A DNA stretch of 64,000 nucleotides from Eledone cirrhosa (Eukaryota): contig OZ024754.1 in the NCBI GenBank assembly GCA_964016885.1, forward strand, positions 36,332,001 to 36,396,000, given 5' to 3'. A model generated the notes under the pieces. That model made no database searches and had not been told where the DNA came from. It saw only the letters and a list, made by a program, of their open reading frames with translations. Both the position numbers and the translations under genes were made by a program. Below are positions 1 through 15,786 of the stretch, piece by piece. Every line of letters begins with the position of its first letter. Positions within the stretch are counted from its first letter, which is position 1.

Positions 1-82
1 TAGTAGACAAGTAAGGAAAGCCTTGCATTGATATATATTGATATACACACTACAGTATTCCGATATCATTTCCCGGCCAAGC

Positions 83-156
83 GTTAGTGTTAGTGTTAGT
101 GTTAGTGTTAGTGTTAGTGTTAGTGTTAGTGTTATGGTTAGGGTTAGGGTTAGGTT
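83..156 (+). repeat. (TTAGTG)n grading into (TTAGGG)n, interstitial telomere-like repeat
   Basis: About 8 TTAGTG units followed by a few TTAGGG/variant units. Confidence 0.75.
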
Positions 157-782
157 TAGATTCAGGGATGGTTAGGATAATTTTAACACCCAAATATACG
201 AACAATACAGATTAGTTTGCAGCAACAACTTCCATAACTAGTTGTCAGACAATATGAAATAATACTTGGTGATTGCTTTATCGTATGGATAGGGTCTCCA
301 TCAACGTAATAACCTCAAAACATTAATGAAGTATCTAATCAACAGTATTCAATTTACGATGGAATATAATTTTAGAAATATTTAAGTCCTTAAAATAGAC
401 ATGAGCTTCGAAATACGTTTCTACTTCAACCAGCAGATACAAAATAATATAATTTATTTAATTCTTGCCATCCAAAACAGACAAAAACAGTCATCCCATA
501 TACTTGGCAAGAATGAATGGTATAATGTTTTCTATTTTAGAAACTCGGGGTACATAACTTGGAGAATTAAAAATATATTAGAAAATATTATTCGAAAGGC
601 AGTGTCCAGTAATTTAATTCACAATGAAGTAAAACGAGGCGAAGGAGTTACAGACAAAAGACTGTTCAGATACCAATCCAAGAAATACTGAATCATGCAA
701 CCATTCATCTGAATAATATATTTCTATTTAAGGATAACCAGAGAATGAAAAGTGAAAACAGGCAAAATATATATAAACAGTA

Positions 783-855
<73 letters not shown>

Positions 856-887
856 TAAACAGGTAAAACTCCAATTTTTGTACATAT

Positions 888-957
<70 letters not shown>

Positions 958-1052
958 AGGTGCACTTTTCAAACCCCTTTTTTAAAATCATTTTCCTTAC
1001 ATAATGTCATCTCTATATAACGTTTCCTAATGTCCACACTTTTTTCACTATA

Positions 1053-1136
<84 letters not shown>

Positions 1137-1294
1137 CATACGTATTAATGTATGTTATATATAAGTGTATTTGTATATATATATATTTTTTTTTAAATTT
1201 ATTTATTTATTTATTTATACACTCACAGACACACACAGGCACACACGCGCGCCTGTGTGTGCATGTGTGTGTGTGTGTGTGTGTGTACATACAT

Positions 1295-1347
<53 letters not shown>

Positions 1348-2381
1348 TCACACATATACACACACACACGTGTGTATGTATATGTGTAAGTGTGAATCAG
1401 ATAACTATCTGTAAAAAGTTATTTAAAAAAAGATTACTATATACACTCAAAAATACAGATAGATGTAAGCTGTAGGAGCTGAATTATTCCCCTTCCATAC
1501 GGGTAATTAGCGGAAAACGCCATTATCGACCACCAGGACAGAAATACTTTTTAAGGTGACAGACAGCCGTTCTTAACGCTATTTCTCATTGTTGTTTATT
1601 TTTTCAATTCTTTCAAAGATTTTCTCTATAAATATTTTAGGAAATATATTTTGTAGTGTTCCTTTTCTTTTTTTTTTCTTTTTTTTTTTCGAGCATGGTG
1701 TGGCGACGAGACTCCGAGGTGACTCGAGCAGTTGGTATGTTATGGTTAGGGTGGGAGAAAGAAATATGGAAGTCTGTGAAATTAGTTGATATTTTTCCCG
1801 GTTTAGGAGAGACGTCAACAATGTGGACAAAAAAGAAAATGGAAAAAAAAATAATAAATAACCTAAAAGGAAAGAAATGAAATGAAAAAAAAAAGAGAGA
1901 GAAATAATCGGATATTAAAGTGAGTTTCAATTTTAATACTCCACTTCCATAGCAGTAGACTAGCAGCAGATTATCAAGAACACACCAGAGGAACGGGGAA
2001 TTCCTGACTGCCAGACGTACGTCATAAAGATGGGCTGACATATCGTTTCATGTGAGATTAAAAACTGGCTAAGATTATGAACGAGAAGGACCCACCTCCG
2101 CATCAACCACCACCTCTGCCTCCTTCACTTTATAACCCCCCCCCCCTCTCATTCCCTTTTATGATACTATCTCCAACATACAATCTACAAGAGTCAACGA
2201 GAAAGCCTTTATGTTGTCGTTCAGCATGCTAGCAGTAGCAGCCAAATCCCACGTAAAACCAACCTACAACCTCATATAGAAAGTAACGTGCAATGAAGAC
2301 GTTTGTCAGCGAAGGAAAGATTTTGAACATAAGAGCGCCTCTTCAGAGATCGTTTTATTTATTTATTTTTACTTGGAAAGT

Positions 2382-2600
2382 CTAGAGGAAAGGGCAGCGC
2401 CCAGATTCTCGGAAACAGGGTATAGGGATACCGTTAATGTTCTGTTTAAATTGTTGCAAGCTCACACCGTCGGGAAATACATGAGCACGGAGGGAAGTCA
2501 AGATGGTTGACACTCTAAGCACGATGGTTTGGACTGCTGCATAGACACATTCACTGTTGTGCAATGACTGTGCGGAAGCCTGTTAGCCCTCAAGAGAAAC
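2382..2600 (-). mobile_element. Degenerate LINE ORF2 C-terminal fragment (L2/CR1/Jockey group)
   Basis: Minus-strand translation LTSLRAHVFPDGVSLQQFKQNIN resembles the WNSLP..VFP...L..FK..IN end of these LINEs. Confidence 0.5.
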
Positions 2601-2643
2601 GGAAGAAAAACGTAGAAAGTACAAGTGGTAAAGAGAAAGAGTG

Positions 2644-2731
<88 letters not shown>

Positions 2732-2745
2732 TGTGAAAGAGAGAG

Positions 2746-2808
<63 letters not shown>

Positions 2809-2952
2809 AGAAACGAAAGCAAAAGAATTGAGGGCGATGAGAAAGAGTGAAAATGTAATAAGATAAACATTCTTAAAATTTAGTTATATAAAGAGATCGA
2901 GAGAATGTAAAAGAGAAAGAGTGAGAAATGGAGAGAGAAAGAGTGTGTGTTG

Positions 2953-3056
<104 letters not shown>

Positions 3057-3550
3057 TGTGTGTGTGTCTGTCTGTCTCTGTGTGTGTGACTGGAGCAATG
3101 GAATTAGAAGAGGTGAAACAGTGGAAAAGTAAAAGAATTGACGTTCAAGAAATTTGAGGAATTTTAACAAAAACGTTCCATTTTTTTTTCTTGTTTTCCT
3201 CGTTTTTGGCTATTTGTAACGTTTGTCGTCATCGTCGAGGTTGTTATTGTTGTTGCTGTTGTTGTTGTTGCTGTTGTTGCTGTTGTTGTTGCTGTTGTTG
3301 TTGTTAAAATCTTACAAAATATTTTACTGAAACGGGGGAAAAAATAACGACATATTTTAACACGGAAATCAAATTTAATTTTCTGCACCTAAACACTAGT
3401 AAACAACCTAATAGAACAGATAAAACCAAGAAAAATAGTAGTACAAAATAACACTGTATATTAGCAATGTATATCTACAGAAGTAATGTTTACCTATATA
3501 CGTGTACATATATAATGTATACATATATACGTACATATGTAATGTATAGT

Positions 3551-3850
3551 GGAGGTACGTGGCCTAGTGGTAAAGGTGTTTTACTTATGATTATAATTCC
3601 ATGGGTTCAATTTCTGGATTGCGTGTTGTGTTCTTGAGCAAAACACTTCATTTCACGTTGCTCCAGTATACTCAGCTGAAAAATGAATACCAGCTGTAGC
3701 TGGGGGTTTAACCCTGCGATGGACTGGCGTCCTGTCCAGGAGTCCTGTCCAGGAGGGAGTCTTGTACTCTCAGTTGCTTCAAGCCATGAAACCGGGATAA
3801 GCACCGGCCAAATGAGCCTTCTGGCTTAAGACAGACTTTAGACTTTAGAC
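3551..3850 (+). mobile_element. tRNA-derived SINE, family S2
   Basis: A-box GTGGCCTAGTGG, B-box GGTTCAATT, core TCTTGAGCAAAACACTT, CTGCGATGGACTGGCG segment, (TTAGAC)n tail. Confidence 0.75.
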
Positions 3851-4039
3851 TTTAGATGTAATGTATACATAAGTATATACGTAAATAAGTAATATCTACA
3901 TGTATATATATATATATATATATACAAGTAATGTATACATATATATATATTTTAATAATAAGAAAGGTTTGTATTGCATGTATGCATGTATGCATGTAAG
4001 CCAGTATATCTCTCTGGAAGTATGCATGATATGTAGGTC

Positions 4040-4510
4040 GGGAACATAGTGGTTACGGCAATCGGTTCAAGATCGTAAGGTCGTAAGTTCCATTCTCAGA
4101 GACGCGTTTTGTCCTTGAGCACAACACTTTATTTTATATTCCTCAAATCCAGTTAACCGGAATAAATCAGGTTCTCCTGTAATTTAAAGGGTCAGCCCTG
4201 GTACACACTTTGTCATGAGCACAACACTTTATTTTATATTCCTCAAATCCAGTTAACCGGAATAAATCAGGTTCACCTGTAATTTAAAGGGTCAGCCCTG
4301 GTACACACTCTGTCATGAGCACAACACTTTATTTTATATTCCTCAAATCCAGTTAACCGGAATAAATCAGGTTCACCTCTAATTTAAAGGGTCTGCCCTG
4401 TCACATACTGTATCATGTTGATTTTTCCTCAGAACAAACGTCAAGCATCGCACGTCTGTGAAATGCTCCATTGACTTACACGTTAATTTCATGAGCAGGC
4501 TGTTCTTTGA
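4040..4510 (+). mobile_element. S2-type SINE with an internal 100-bp tandem triplication
   Basis: tRNA-like head and GTCCTTGAGC core; unit starting GAGCACAACACTTT recurs at 4117, 4217 and 4317; body similar to 14538-14865 and 39740-39995. Confidence 0.7.
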
Positions 4511-5204
4511 GACAAGCCTTAATGATTTTCTTAATAAGCCAAGCCAATAGGAGTTGACTGCTGACTAAACAAAAATAATGCCCCAGCATAGCTTTTAAAC
4601 CGATTCAGGTGTTACAAGACTACTCCCAACCTTTCAATCAAATTTCACACATTTTGCTTCTGATTATATTTTACGATCGATAAATCGTTAGAGAATTACA
4701 TGATTCCAGATTCAACAATTAGAATCACAAAAAAAACTTTCCACTCCACAACACAGAAATGAAATAAACATTAGTATGGTTATTATCATACATCCGTCCG
4801 CATTACATATAAATATATAAATGTATATAGAAAGAAAATTTAGAATATTTTTTGGGGTTCAACATACATAAAATGAAAGGAATATTGGAAAGGATTATAA
4901 ATATTATAAATGAGAGGAAAAGGAGGGGGAAAGGCAAGGATTATTATATATATATTGTTTCCGAAGTAGACGATCTGATCGAACCCATATATGAAGTCTG
5001 ATAGTATACAGTTATATAACTACTATAGATCAGACAATATGATCAACCCTCCGAAACGATAGTAAAACAATATATGAATAGGTGAATAACTTGACTTTGT
5101 TGTTATTATTTTCATTGTTAATTTAATATCTAATATATATATATATATATATATATGTCAGCATGGCTTGGCAAGATATTTAGAACGCTGGTTTGAGACC
5201 TTTA

Positions 5205-5245
5205 TTTCCCTCTGAAGAAGAGATATAATCTCGAAAATTAAGGAC
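5205..5245 (+). ncRNA. Minimal hammerhead ribozyme motif (family E)
   Basis: ccct-CTGAAGA-a-GAGAT ata ATCTC-GAAA-at-TA-agga; a second copy at 5853-5892 has a decayed core (CGGAAGA). Confidence 0.6.
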
Positions 5246-5412
5246 ATTTAAATAAATCTAAGGTAAAAGACGAATTGTCAACAATATCTTTTGCAATTGC
5301 TTTCTTTTTTCTATGTCCATACCTGCATTGTTTTGGCTTTATTATACATATTCAAACGTTTATATATATATATATATTTATTTAATGTATAATAAACAAT
5401 ACAATATAATTA

Positions 5413-5480
5413 CCTCATTACCAGAGGTTTCCCGAATAAGACGAATACAAGAAACGTGGGCATTCGTTCGTCAGACAAGG
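5413..5480 (-). ncRNA. Type I hammerhead ribozyme motif (family L-like)
   Basis: Reverse strand: ccttgt-CTGACGA-acgaatgc...gtattcgt..-GAAA-CC tct GG-TA-atgagg; stem I ccttgt/atgagg pairs. Confidence 0.65.
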
Positions 5481-6219
5481 CCATTTTTAGCTCTGTAACT
5501 TACATAGAACACTCTTCATTCCTCTGACTTTTTCAACGGAAACTTCAACACTTGGAGGTATCCTTTTCTGTTTCCGCAGGATGTTGATTATAGACTGCTT
5601 CAGTCTCGAGAATTTCTCATCTAGTTCGCGGTTGTTAGGTGATGGACAGAGTGAGTAGTCTAGTTGGTATATTGGCGTATTAATATATGTGTCTATGCGG
5701 ATTTAAAGGAAAACAACTATGCGCCTCTTTCACTTGAACAGACCTTAGTTTTAAAACAAAAGAAGTTATAAAAAAATGAATAAATAAGATAAAACCACTT
5801 CCAGTCAGCATGGTATAACAAGCGAAGTCGGACACTGGAGTAATTCCTTTATTTTCCTCGGAAGAAGAGATATTAATCTTGAAATATCTGGACATATTAA
5901 TAAATTAAGGTAAAAAAAAACAGGCCCTGTTTCTTACGATTGATTATTCACCGTCCGAACCCGCATTATCGTGGGTTTGACACTTTGAATTTCCTTATAT
6001 ATACATATATAACGCGCAGCCATCATTATTATCATATTTACACATAATTTTTCTTCTGCTGCTACCCGTCCGTTTCGTTCTTTGTACCTTTACCCTTTCT
6101 CGTTCTTTGTACCTTTTACCCTTTCTAGCAGTCTCTCTCTCTGTTAGCCTCCTCCTCAACTTTCACTCACTCATTCTCTGTCACTACCTCTCCTCCTCCT
6201 CTTTCCTCCTCCTCCTTCA

Positions 6220-7588
<1,369 letters not shown>

Positions 7589-7634
7589 GTAACCCATTAG
7601 CAACCACGCAGCACGTTTATTCTCATTTATATAA

Positions 7635-7729
<95 letters not shown>

Positions 7730-7730
<1 letters not shown>

Positions 7731-8285
7731 GGACGTCAAGTATCTATGTAATTTGTGACATATCATTCCATGCTCGACCTTGTCGAAGGCCATCGCAAAG
7801 TCAATGTATATGACTTCCACATTTGAGTGGTCCAGCAGCTGTTTCAGTATCTAGTTGTAGCGTTGTAAAAGCTGTTTAAGGCAGCTTCTTCCCTGTCATT
7901 TTCCTCGAAGAATGTCATCAGTTTCTTTCTGGTGATTCATTCCATGAATTTACTTATATGTGACGTCAGGAAGACCGGCCTGTACTTTTAAGCCTCTGGT
8001 CTGCTTCCTCCTTTATGCATAGGACATATTATGCCTTCTTTTCGCTCTCTGGTTAGTTTACCGCTACGTAGAGAACTTCTGAAGAGGATCTTCAGTGGTC
8101 TTGCTGAGGTACACTTGCTTGTTTTTAGGAGGATTGCTAGGAATCCATTAGGCCCAGCAGCTGGGTTTGCCGTCATTTCTTCCATGGCTGATATTACATC
8201 TTCCTCCGTTATGTCTATATGGTTGCTGGACGCCATTTCTCCGCGCAGTGCAGGGGCATCAAAGAATTCCTTTGTTATTTGCATG
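7730..8285 (-). mobile_element. CR1/L2-group LINE reverse transcriptase fragment (pseudogenised)
   Basis: AAGPNGF..ILLK, IICPMHKGGSR..*KYRPVFLTSHISK and VIYIDFAMAFDKVEH motifs, with stops and frameshifts. Confidence 0.85.
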
Positions 8286-8389
8286 TGCCACATATTATAT
8301 ATTACTTTATATAGAAAAACTTATATACATACGTACGTATATACATACATACATACATACATACATACATACATACATACATACATACA

Positions 8390-8421
<32 letters not shown>

Positions 8422-8812
8422 AATACAAAAACTCTCAACCCAATTTGGTCACGTACCAACGTTCAGGAACATTGACAGATGTACAATTTACATAACAATA
8501 AGCAACACATTATTTTACATAAGAAAAATCAACACATATATGTATATATATACATATGCACTTGTGTGTGTGTTTGTGTGTGTATGTGTGTGAGTGAGTG
8601 TGTGTGTGCGTGTGAGTGAGTGTGAGTGTGTGTGTGTGTGTGTGTGAGAGAGTCTGCGATGCACATATGTTTGTGTGGGACTGCCATTATGTGTAAAAAT
8701 GTGTGAATAACGTGAGAAATTTCTTTGCATTCATTGTGTTGTTATTTATATGTAGCTTTAATGGACAGGATTCTGTTGGAGGGACGCGTGCATGCATACA
8801 CACGCGCGCGTG

Positions 8813-8889
<77 letters not shown>

Positions 8890-8891
<2 letters not shown>

Positions 8892-9098
8892 TAACAAAGA
8901 AGTGTGGTAAGACACCAGGTAAACTATAACGCACCAGAGTCCTAGACACTTAGGGCAGTAGAGTGGGTAATAGGAAAAGAGTCAAGACCCCGACGGCTGA
9001 GCTCCAGCCGTTTCGACAGATAGATCCGAACTGTCAGAGTTCGGATCTAGCTGTCGAAACGGCTGGAGCTCAGCCGTCGGGGTCCTGACTCTTTTCCT
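8890..9098. mobile_element. Family A palindromic element in microsatellite
   Basis: Inverted arms around ~9033; each arm carries CGAAACGGCT-GGAGCTC-AGCCGTC-GGGGTC. Confidence 0.8.
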
Positions 9099-9114
9099 AT
9101 ATATATATATATAT

Positions 9115-10027
<913 letters not shown>

Positions 10028-10652
10028 TAAACAGGCAAAACTCCAGAGTAACAACACTCACCCTTTATCCACAATATAAACTAATATTAAACTTCAAATT
10101 TGTGTATTGAATACTCCTTTCTCTCAACCACATAGGGATATATGTATATATATACATATATACATCTGTTTCTATTTCATATTAAAGTTATTTAAATGTG
10201 ACCTAAATGTTAGAATAATGAAGTAATTATAATGTTCTATGATTAATTGAATGACAGTAAAACTTTAGCAAATTATTTTGTAAAAAAATTCATATAGATT
10301 TTATAATTGCGTCATTTTGTTTAATCATACACATACATATACATTCATATACTTACATACATACATACATACATACACATACATTCATATGCATTCATAT
10401 CTCTACCTACATACATACAATAACATCCATACCTACACACACACGCATGAATGCAGCAGACATGCAGACATATTTACCTCCTTGATGTTGTTTAAATTCC
10501 AATGAGAGAGTCTTGTGTATATATTGGAAACCGACTCTCTCTATTGGTAAACATTTATAAAATTATAAAACCAGAAAAACATACATACATACATATATAT
10601 TTACATATGTATGTATATATATATATAGAGAGAGAGATAAAGCGACAGAGTG

Positions 10653-10737
<85 letters not shown>

Positions 10738-10999
10738 TTTATCCCCGGTTCTAGTCCTGTAGAAGCCATTTCTATATTAAATATATATATAAAGTTTCTG
10801 AATTTGTTCAGCAAGATTCTTTATCTGAAAACGTGTGTTGAAACCGATATTGTTATACTTTGGGAGGGTCATGTTGCCAATAAGAAACACACGCACCAGT
10901 TGTTTCACTTCAATTTATTATAATAAATTTATAAATTTAGGAATTTATAAATTTCCGGTTGGTTGGTTGGTTCCACAACCAGATGATTGTTTATATATT

Positions 11000-11042
11000 G
11001 TCAAAGTTCTTTCGTCACACATTCTGTGACCTCTTCAGTGAC
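11000..11042 (-). ncRNA. Hammerhead motif, family D left arm
   Basis: gtca-CTGAAGA-g-GTCAC agaatgt GTGAC-GAAA-gaac-TT-tgac. Confidence 0.6.
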
Positions 11043-11183
11043 TGGGGATTCTTTTCTTTGTTTTTGTGCCTCTCCTTTGTTCTGTCCTACGCCATCTTCT
11101 GTCCTACGCCAACACACACACAAAAACAAGATGGCGTAGGACAGAACAAAGGAGAGGCACAAAAACAAAGAAAAGAATCCCCA

Positions 11184-11226
11184 GTCACTGAAGAGGTCAC
11201 AGAATGTGTGACGAAAGAACCATGAC
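11184..11226 (+). ncRNA. Hammerhead motif, family D right arm (U16.1 position is C)
   Basis: gtca-CTGAAGA-g-GTCAC..GTGAC-GAAA-gaac-ca-tgac. Confidence 0.5.
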
Positions 11227-11376
11227 AATATATATACAATCACCTGGTTGTGGAGCCAACCAACCAACCGGAAATTTATAAATTCCTAAATTTATAAATT
11301 TATTATAATAAATTGAAGTGAAATCAACTGGTGCGTGTGTTTCTTATTGGCAACATGACCGTCCCAAAGTATAACA

Positions 11377-11430
<54 letters not shown>

Positions 11431-11439
11431 AACAGTCTT

Positions 11440-11636
11440 GCATACTATTTCTGTCTACCAAGAAAACTCGTGGTTGCCATGTCACATTTTTTTTTGCGAT
11501 CTGTGGTATTGCTGGCTATAGGCAAATCCCTAGCTGGACTAAAAAGCCGCGTCCATGATACTCATATTTAAGTATCAAACGATGGCATTACTTGAAACGA
11601 TGGCATTACTTGAAATCGTATTGCAGCTATCATCAT
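11440..11636 (-). repeat. Family G dispersed repeat (second copy on + strand at 21928-22070)
   Basis: Shared TAATGCCATCG.TTGATACTTAAA..TGAG.ATCA..GACG.GGCTTTTTAGTC sequence; local 19-bp duplication. Confidence 0.6.
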
Positions 11637-12034
11637 ATATGTATGAATGTATGAATGTATGTATGTATGTACGTATGTCTAATCTAGAAATATTGTAAAG
11701 CTATTTAGTTCATTGTTTTGTAGCAAATTTCAAGCTGTTATCCCGGCGGCATGTGTTCGGGTGTAAAATTTGCAAGTTGTGTTCCCTTTGTGTTTGTTAC
11801 TCTAGAATGCTTATTGAAATGAAACCGCATACATATCTATTAATGAATGGAAATATATATTCTTCTCTCTCTCTCTTCCTCTCTCTCTCACTCTCTCTCT
11901 CCCCCTCTCTCTCTCTCACTCTCTCTTCATATATATATATATGTGTGTGTGTGTGTGTCTGTGTGTGTGAGTGTCTGTGTCCGTGGGTGTATGCATGCGT
12001 GTCTGTGTATAGATATATATATGTATGTGTATAT

Positions 12035-12081
<47 letters not shown>

Positions 12082-12132
12082 TTAAACAAGAACAGAAGGC
12101 CGGACCTGAAAATTTGCTTTAGAAATTTAATC

Positions 12133-12222
12133 CTGCGAAATCCCTATACATATTTCGATGTCCCAGCTCCTAGATCCAATCATGATGCAAGGCAGAACGA
12201 TCTCATCAGGTGTCCTCCACAG
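12133..12222 (-). ncRNA. Degenerate type I hammerhead motif
   Basis: Reverse strand ctgtgga..cac-CTGATGA-gat...atc-GAAA-tatgta-TA-ggg..ttcgcag. Confidence 0.5.
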
Positions 12223-12454
12223 AATTACTTAACAGGATTACGTTGAACCCAAACATATATTGATTCCCTGCTATATATAGATTCCCTCAAATAATAGAAG
12301 TAAATTCTAACTTACTGATTTCTACTTCATTGTTATACCAATACTCCGGAGCACCTTGACCTACATATATACATCGTGGAGTGCTTCATTCTGCATACAC
12401 TAGTTTCGGTCCATTAACGCAAAAGATACCAAGTATATATATATATATATATAT

Positions 12455-12647
12455 ATAGGAACCAGTAAGACCCCGACGGCTGAGCTCAAGCCGTTTCGAC
12501 GGCTAATTCAGTCCAGAATTAGCCGTCGAAACGGCTTGAGCTCAGCCGTCGGGGTCTTACTGGTTCCTATTACCCACTCTACTACCCTAATTATTGAGTA
12601 CTTTGGTGCGTTATGGTCCACCTGGTTCCTTACCACATTTCCTTCGT

Positions 12648-12650
<3 letters not shown>
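12455..12650. mobile_element. Family A palindromic element
   Basis: Short left arm, long right arm, axis ~12510, (TA)n on both sides. Confidence 0.85.
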
Positions 12651-12713
<63 letters not shown>

Positions 12714-13152
12714 TTTGCATCTAGCTATCCAAAAGGCCGGAGTTCAGCTGTCGGCGTCCGACTTTTTTCCTATACACACACACATATATATATATATATA
12801 TAGAGAGAGAGAGGGGGGTGAGAATGAGAGAGAGAGAGACAACAAGACCGATAGATAGATAGAGAGATTGATGTGTTTGTATATATATATATATATATGT
12901 GTGTACAATGGAAAAGCAAAGTTGACTTCGGCAGGATTTGAACTCGGAAAGCAAGTAACCTTAAACAAATGCGGCAAAGTATTCTATCCAACGTTCTAAA
13001 AACTCTGCTAATTCGCTGCTTCCAACTTCATACACGGCTAATAAACAATAAGAAAAAAAATGTACATTCGGATTCCACAATTCAGAATATTTCACTAACT
13101 TGTGTTGATTCTAAACATATTTGTATTAATTGCCTTTTAATTGTTATGTAAA

Positions 13153-13350
13153 GGGCGGTGAATTGGCAGTATCGGTGGAGGGTTGGACGCCATGCTTTAT
13201 AGCATAGTTACGTCCCTTTACTGTCTGAGTTCAAATCCCGCCGAGGTTAACTTTGCCTTTCATCCTTACGGGGGTCGGTCGATAAAATAAAGTACCAGTA
13301 ATGTACTGGGTAATTTGCTGGCCTTGTGCCTAAAGTAGAAACAATTATTA
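13153..13350 (+). mobile_element. tRNA-derived SINE, family S1
   Basis: GGCGGTGAATTGGCAG head, GAGTTCAAATCCC B-box, GCCTTTCATCCTTACGGGGTC..ATAAAATAAAGTACCAG core, (ATT)n tail; partial minus copy at 12907-13025. Confidence 0.85.
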
Positions 13351-13437
13351 TGTAAACTCTCAATTCTTTCATTATGGCATCGGAAGCAGATGCAAACAAC
13401 AACAACAACAACAACAAAATTATCAGCAGTAATAAAA

Positions 13438-13509
<72 letters not shown>

Positions 13510-13597
13510 CACTCTGCGTGTATCTCTATATATGTGCCGGTGTGTGTGTCTGTGTGTGTCCGTGTAGGTGAATAGATACGCACCCTTTATATATAAA

Positions 13598-13783
13598 CTA
13601 GGCCACCCGTGACCCGTGGGATCACGGCCACTTCAAAATATTTTTTAAAAATCATGTTCACTTAAAAATAATTTTTAAATAATTAAAATATACACAGACA
13701 TGTATATAATGTGAAATGAAGCTGGAAGGCCCATATATATATATACGTGTGTGTATGTATATATGAATGTGTGTGTGTATATA

Positions 13784-13842
<59 letters not shown>

Positions 13843-14331
13843 ATATATATATATATATATGTGTGTATATATATATGTGGGTGTCTGTGATCTATATACA
13901 CTGGTCATAGACACACACACACATACACACGCACACACATATATATATATATACACACACACTTACATATATATATATATATATATACATACACAACACC
14001 AGCTCTCTCTCTCTCTCTCACTCTCTCACTCTCTGTCTCTCTCTCTCTTCCATTCTCCTTCTCTGTCGCCTCTCCCTCTTTCTATGTCTCTCTTTCAATC
14101 TACTCTCTCACAACCACTATTTCTTTCTCTCTCTCTTTCTCTTTTTTTTGTTTATGAAGGTACCTGGAAAATCCCCATATCTCGGGAATCTGCGCTCCGA
14201 TTTACGTGAAACTTTTTTTTAGTCAATTTGTATCCTTATTTCAGTATTTTCCCATTGTTGGCCCTTTTGGTTGTATTATATTACAGACAAGCAAGCAAGC
14301 AATCACAGAGTTTTAGTAGTATATAGATAGA
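13598..14331 (-). mobile_element. Probable non-autonomous Helitron
   Basis: On the minus strand it begins A|TCTATATA and ends with GC-rich hairpin CCGTGATCC-CAC-GGGTCACGG followed by CTAG|T; microsatellite-filled interior. Confidence 0.6.
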
Positions 14332-14537
14332 TACAAATAAAACAAGCCATGACCCTTTATTTGGAGAAGGCGAAGCTGAAAAACACAGAATTGAACTAAA
14401 TGAGTTGCCATATTTCGCTACTTTCGTTCACAATCTTACTGTTTAAACTTCTAGGTTTTGGCTTTGCGTTTTATATTCCCCGAGATTGATAATATGAATA
14501 CTAACTAATTACTGAAGGTTTATTAAATATATTAGGG

Positions 14538-14865
14538 AAGGCGCGTTGCCTATTGGTTATACTGTTCGGCAAATGATTATAAAGCTGCGAGTTCAATTCC
14601 TAAAATTTCGTTTTGCCGTTGGGTAAAGCAATTTATTTCACTTTGCACTAATTCACTCGACTGACAAAAATAAGTTGTACCTGAAATTGAATGGGTCATC
14701 CATGTCCCAGACTGTGTCACGATGAATATCTCTGAGAGTTACGTGCAGGGTGTACATCTGTTTGTGACATGTTCAACCATTTGTACGTTTATTTCACGGG
14801 CAAGTTATTCCACCCACTGATCAAACCACTGGAACAATCGTCGTAGAACCGACGAAGATCCAACG
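14538..14865 (+). mobile_element. Diverged S2-type SINE
   Basis: tRNA-like head with GAGTTCAATTCC; body similar to 39740-39995. Confidence 0.6.
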
Positions 14866-15480
14866 CTATATATTCCATCTACAAATATGTAGGGTTGTGC
14901 TCCTTCAATTAAAAAAAAAAACGAAAAAACACTAAAAAAAACAAATAAATATAATACAAAAAAATGTGAAATATGGAAATTCCTAATTTAAAAAGTTGAA
15001 ACAAAACATTTTTGAAGAAATCAGTGTTTCTTTCATATAATTTAATTTTGTGTTAATATAATTTTATTTTTGAAAATTAGAAAAAATGTGTCGCTATTTC
15101 CATTCCTTTATTTCTAGGTTTATCTGTTCATCTCAATCAAATTCTCTCTTTTTTTTTATTTTATATAATTTTTTTTTTTATCGTCAAGATGTCAGAGTTA
15201 ACTTCTTTAGGATTAATTCTTCTATTTATTTTGTTAAGGTTTCATATAATTAGATGATGAAATATCTCTATTTTATGCTTGGCGGCCTTCTACTAAAGCA
15301 AGTAAACATTGGGCACATTCTTTTACAGAACAATGAAATTCATGAATTTAGAATCAATGAAGACGGGGTGGGGCAAAACGAAAAAAAAAAAAATATCAGA
15401 TATTCCACTAACCATGTCTCAAAAAATATTCTAAGAAACCATAAATTTCTGCACAAACAAAAATCAAACTACAAAATAAC

Positions 15481-15668
15481 TACCATGTTTCCCGGCGTCG
15501 AGGACGCTACTTTTTTCCTAAAATAAATTTTAAAAAAATCTACCATGCGACCTGGAGGCCGAAGGTTGTTTATTATTATTATTATTTTTTTTTTTTTCAA
15601 ACTTTTGTTTGTCAAAATTAAGGTGCGTCCTCGAGGACGAAGTGTCTTCGGCACCGGGAAATACGGTA
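15481..15668. mobile_element. Tc1/mariner-pogo type MITE
   Basis: TA-flanked TIR CCGTATTTCCCGGCG (left TIR decayed); same family at 27043 and 27477. Confidence 0.75.
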
Positions 15669-15786
15669 TTTCACAGGCTATGGAATGGAGTGATAAATGA
15701 TAATTCTGATGACACAAAGTAGATATATTTATTATCAATATATTTATTTAATTCCGACGTATTATTTGAAAGATATCGACATTTAT

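Larger units (their letters stand above)
10792..11379. mobile_element. Family D palindromic element (arms about 250-300 bp) in (TA)n
   Basis: Near-perfect inverted arms around ~11100-11128; terminal fragments of the family also at 19294-19390 and 33445-33515. Confidence 0.85.

Noticed and set aside
83-156. True telomere
   Set aside because: Short, mostly variant TTAGTG and internal.
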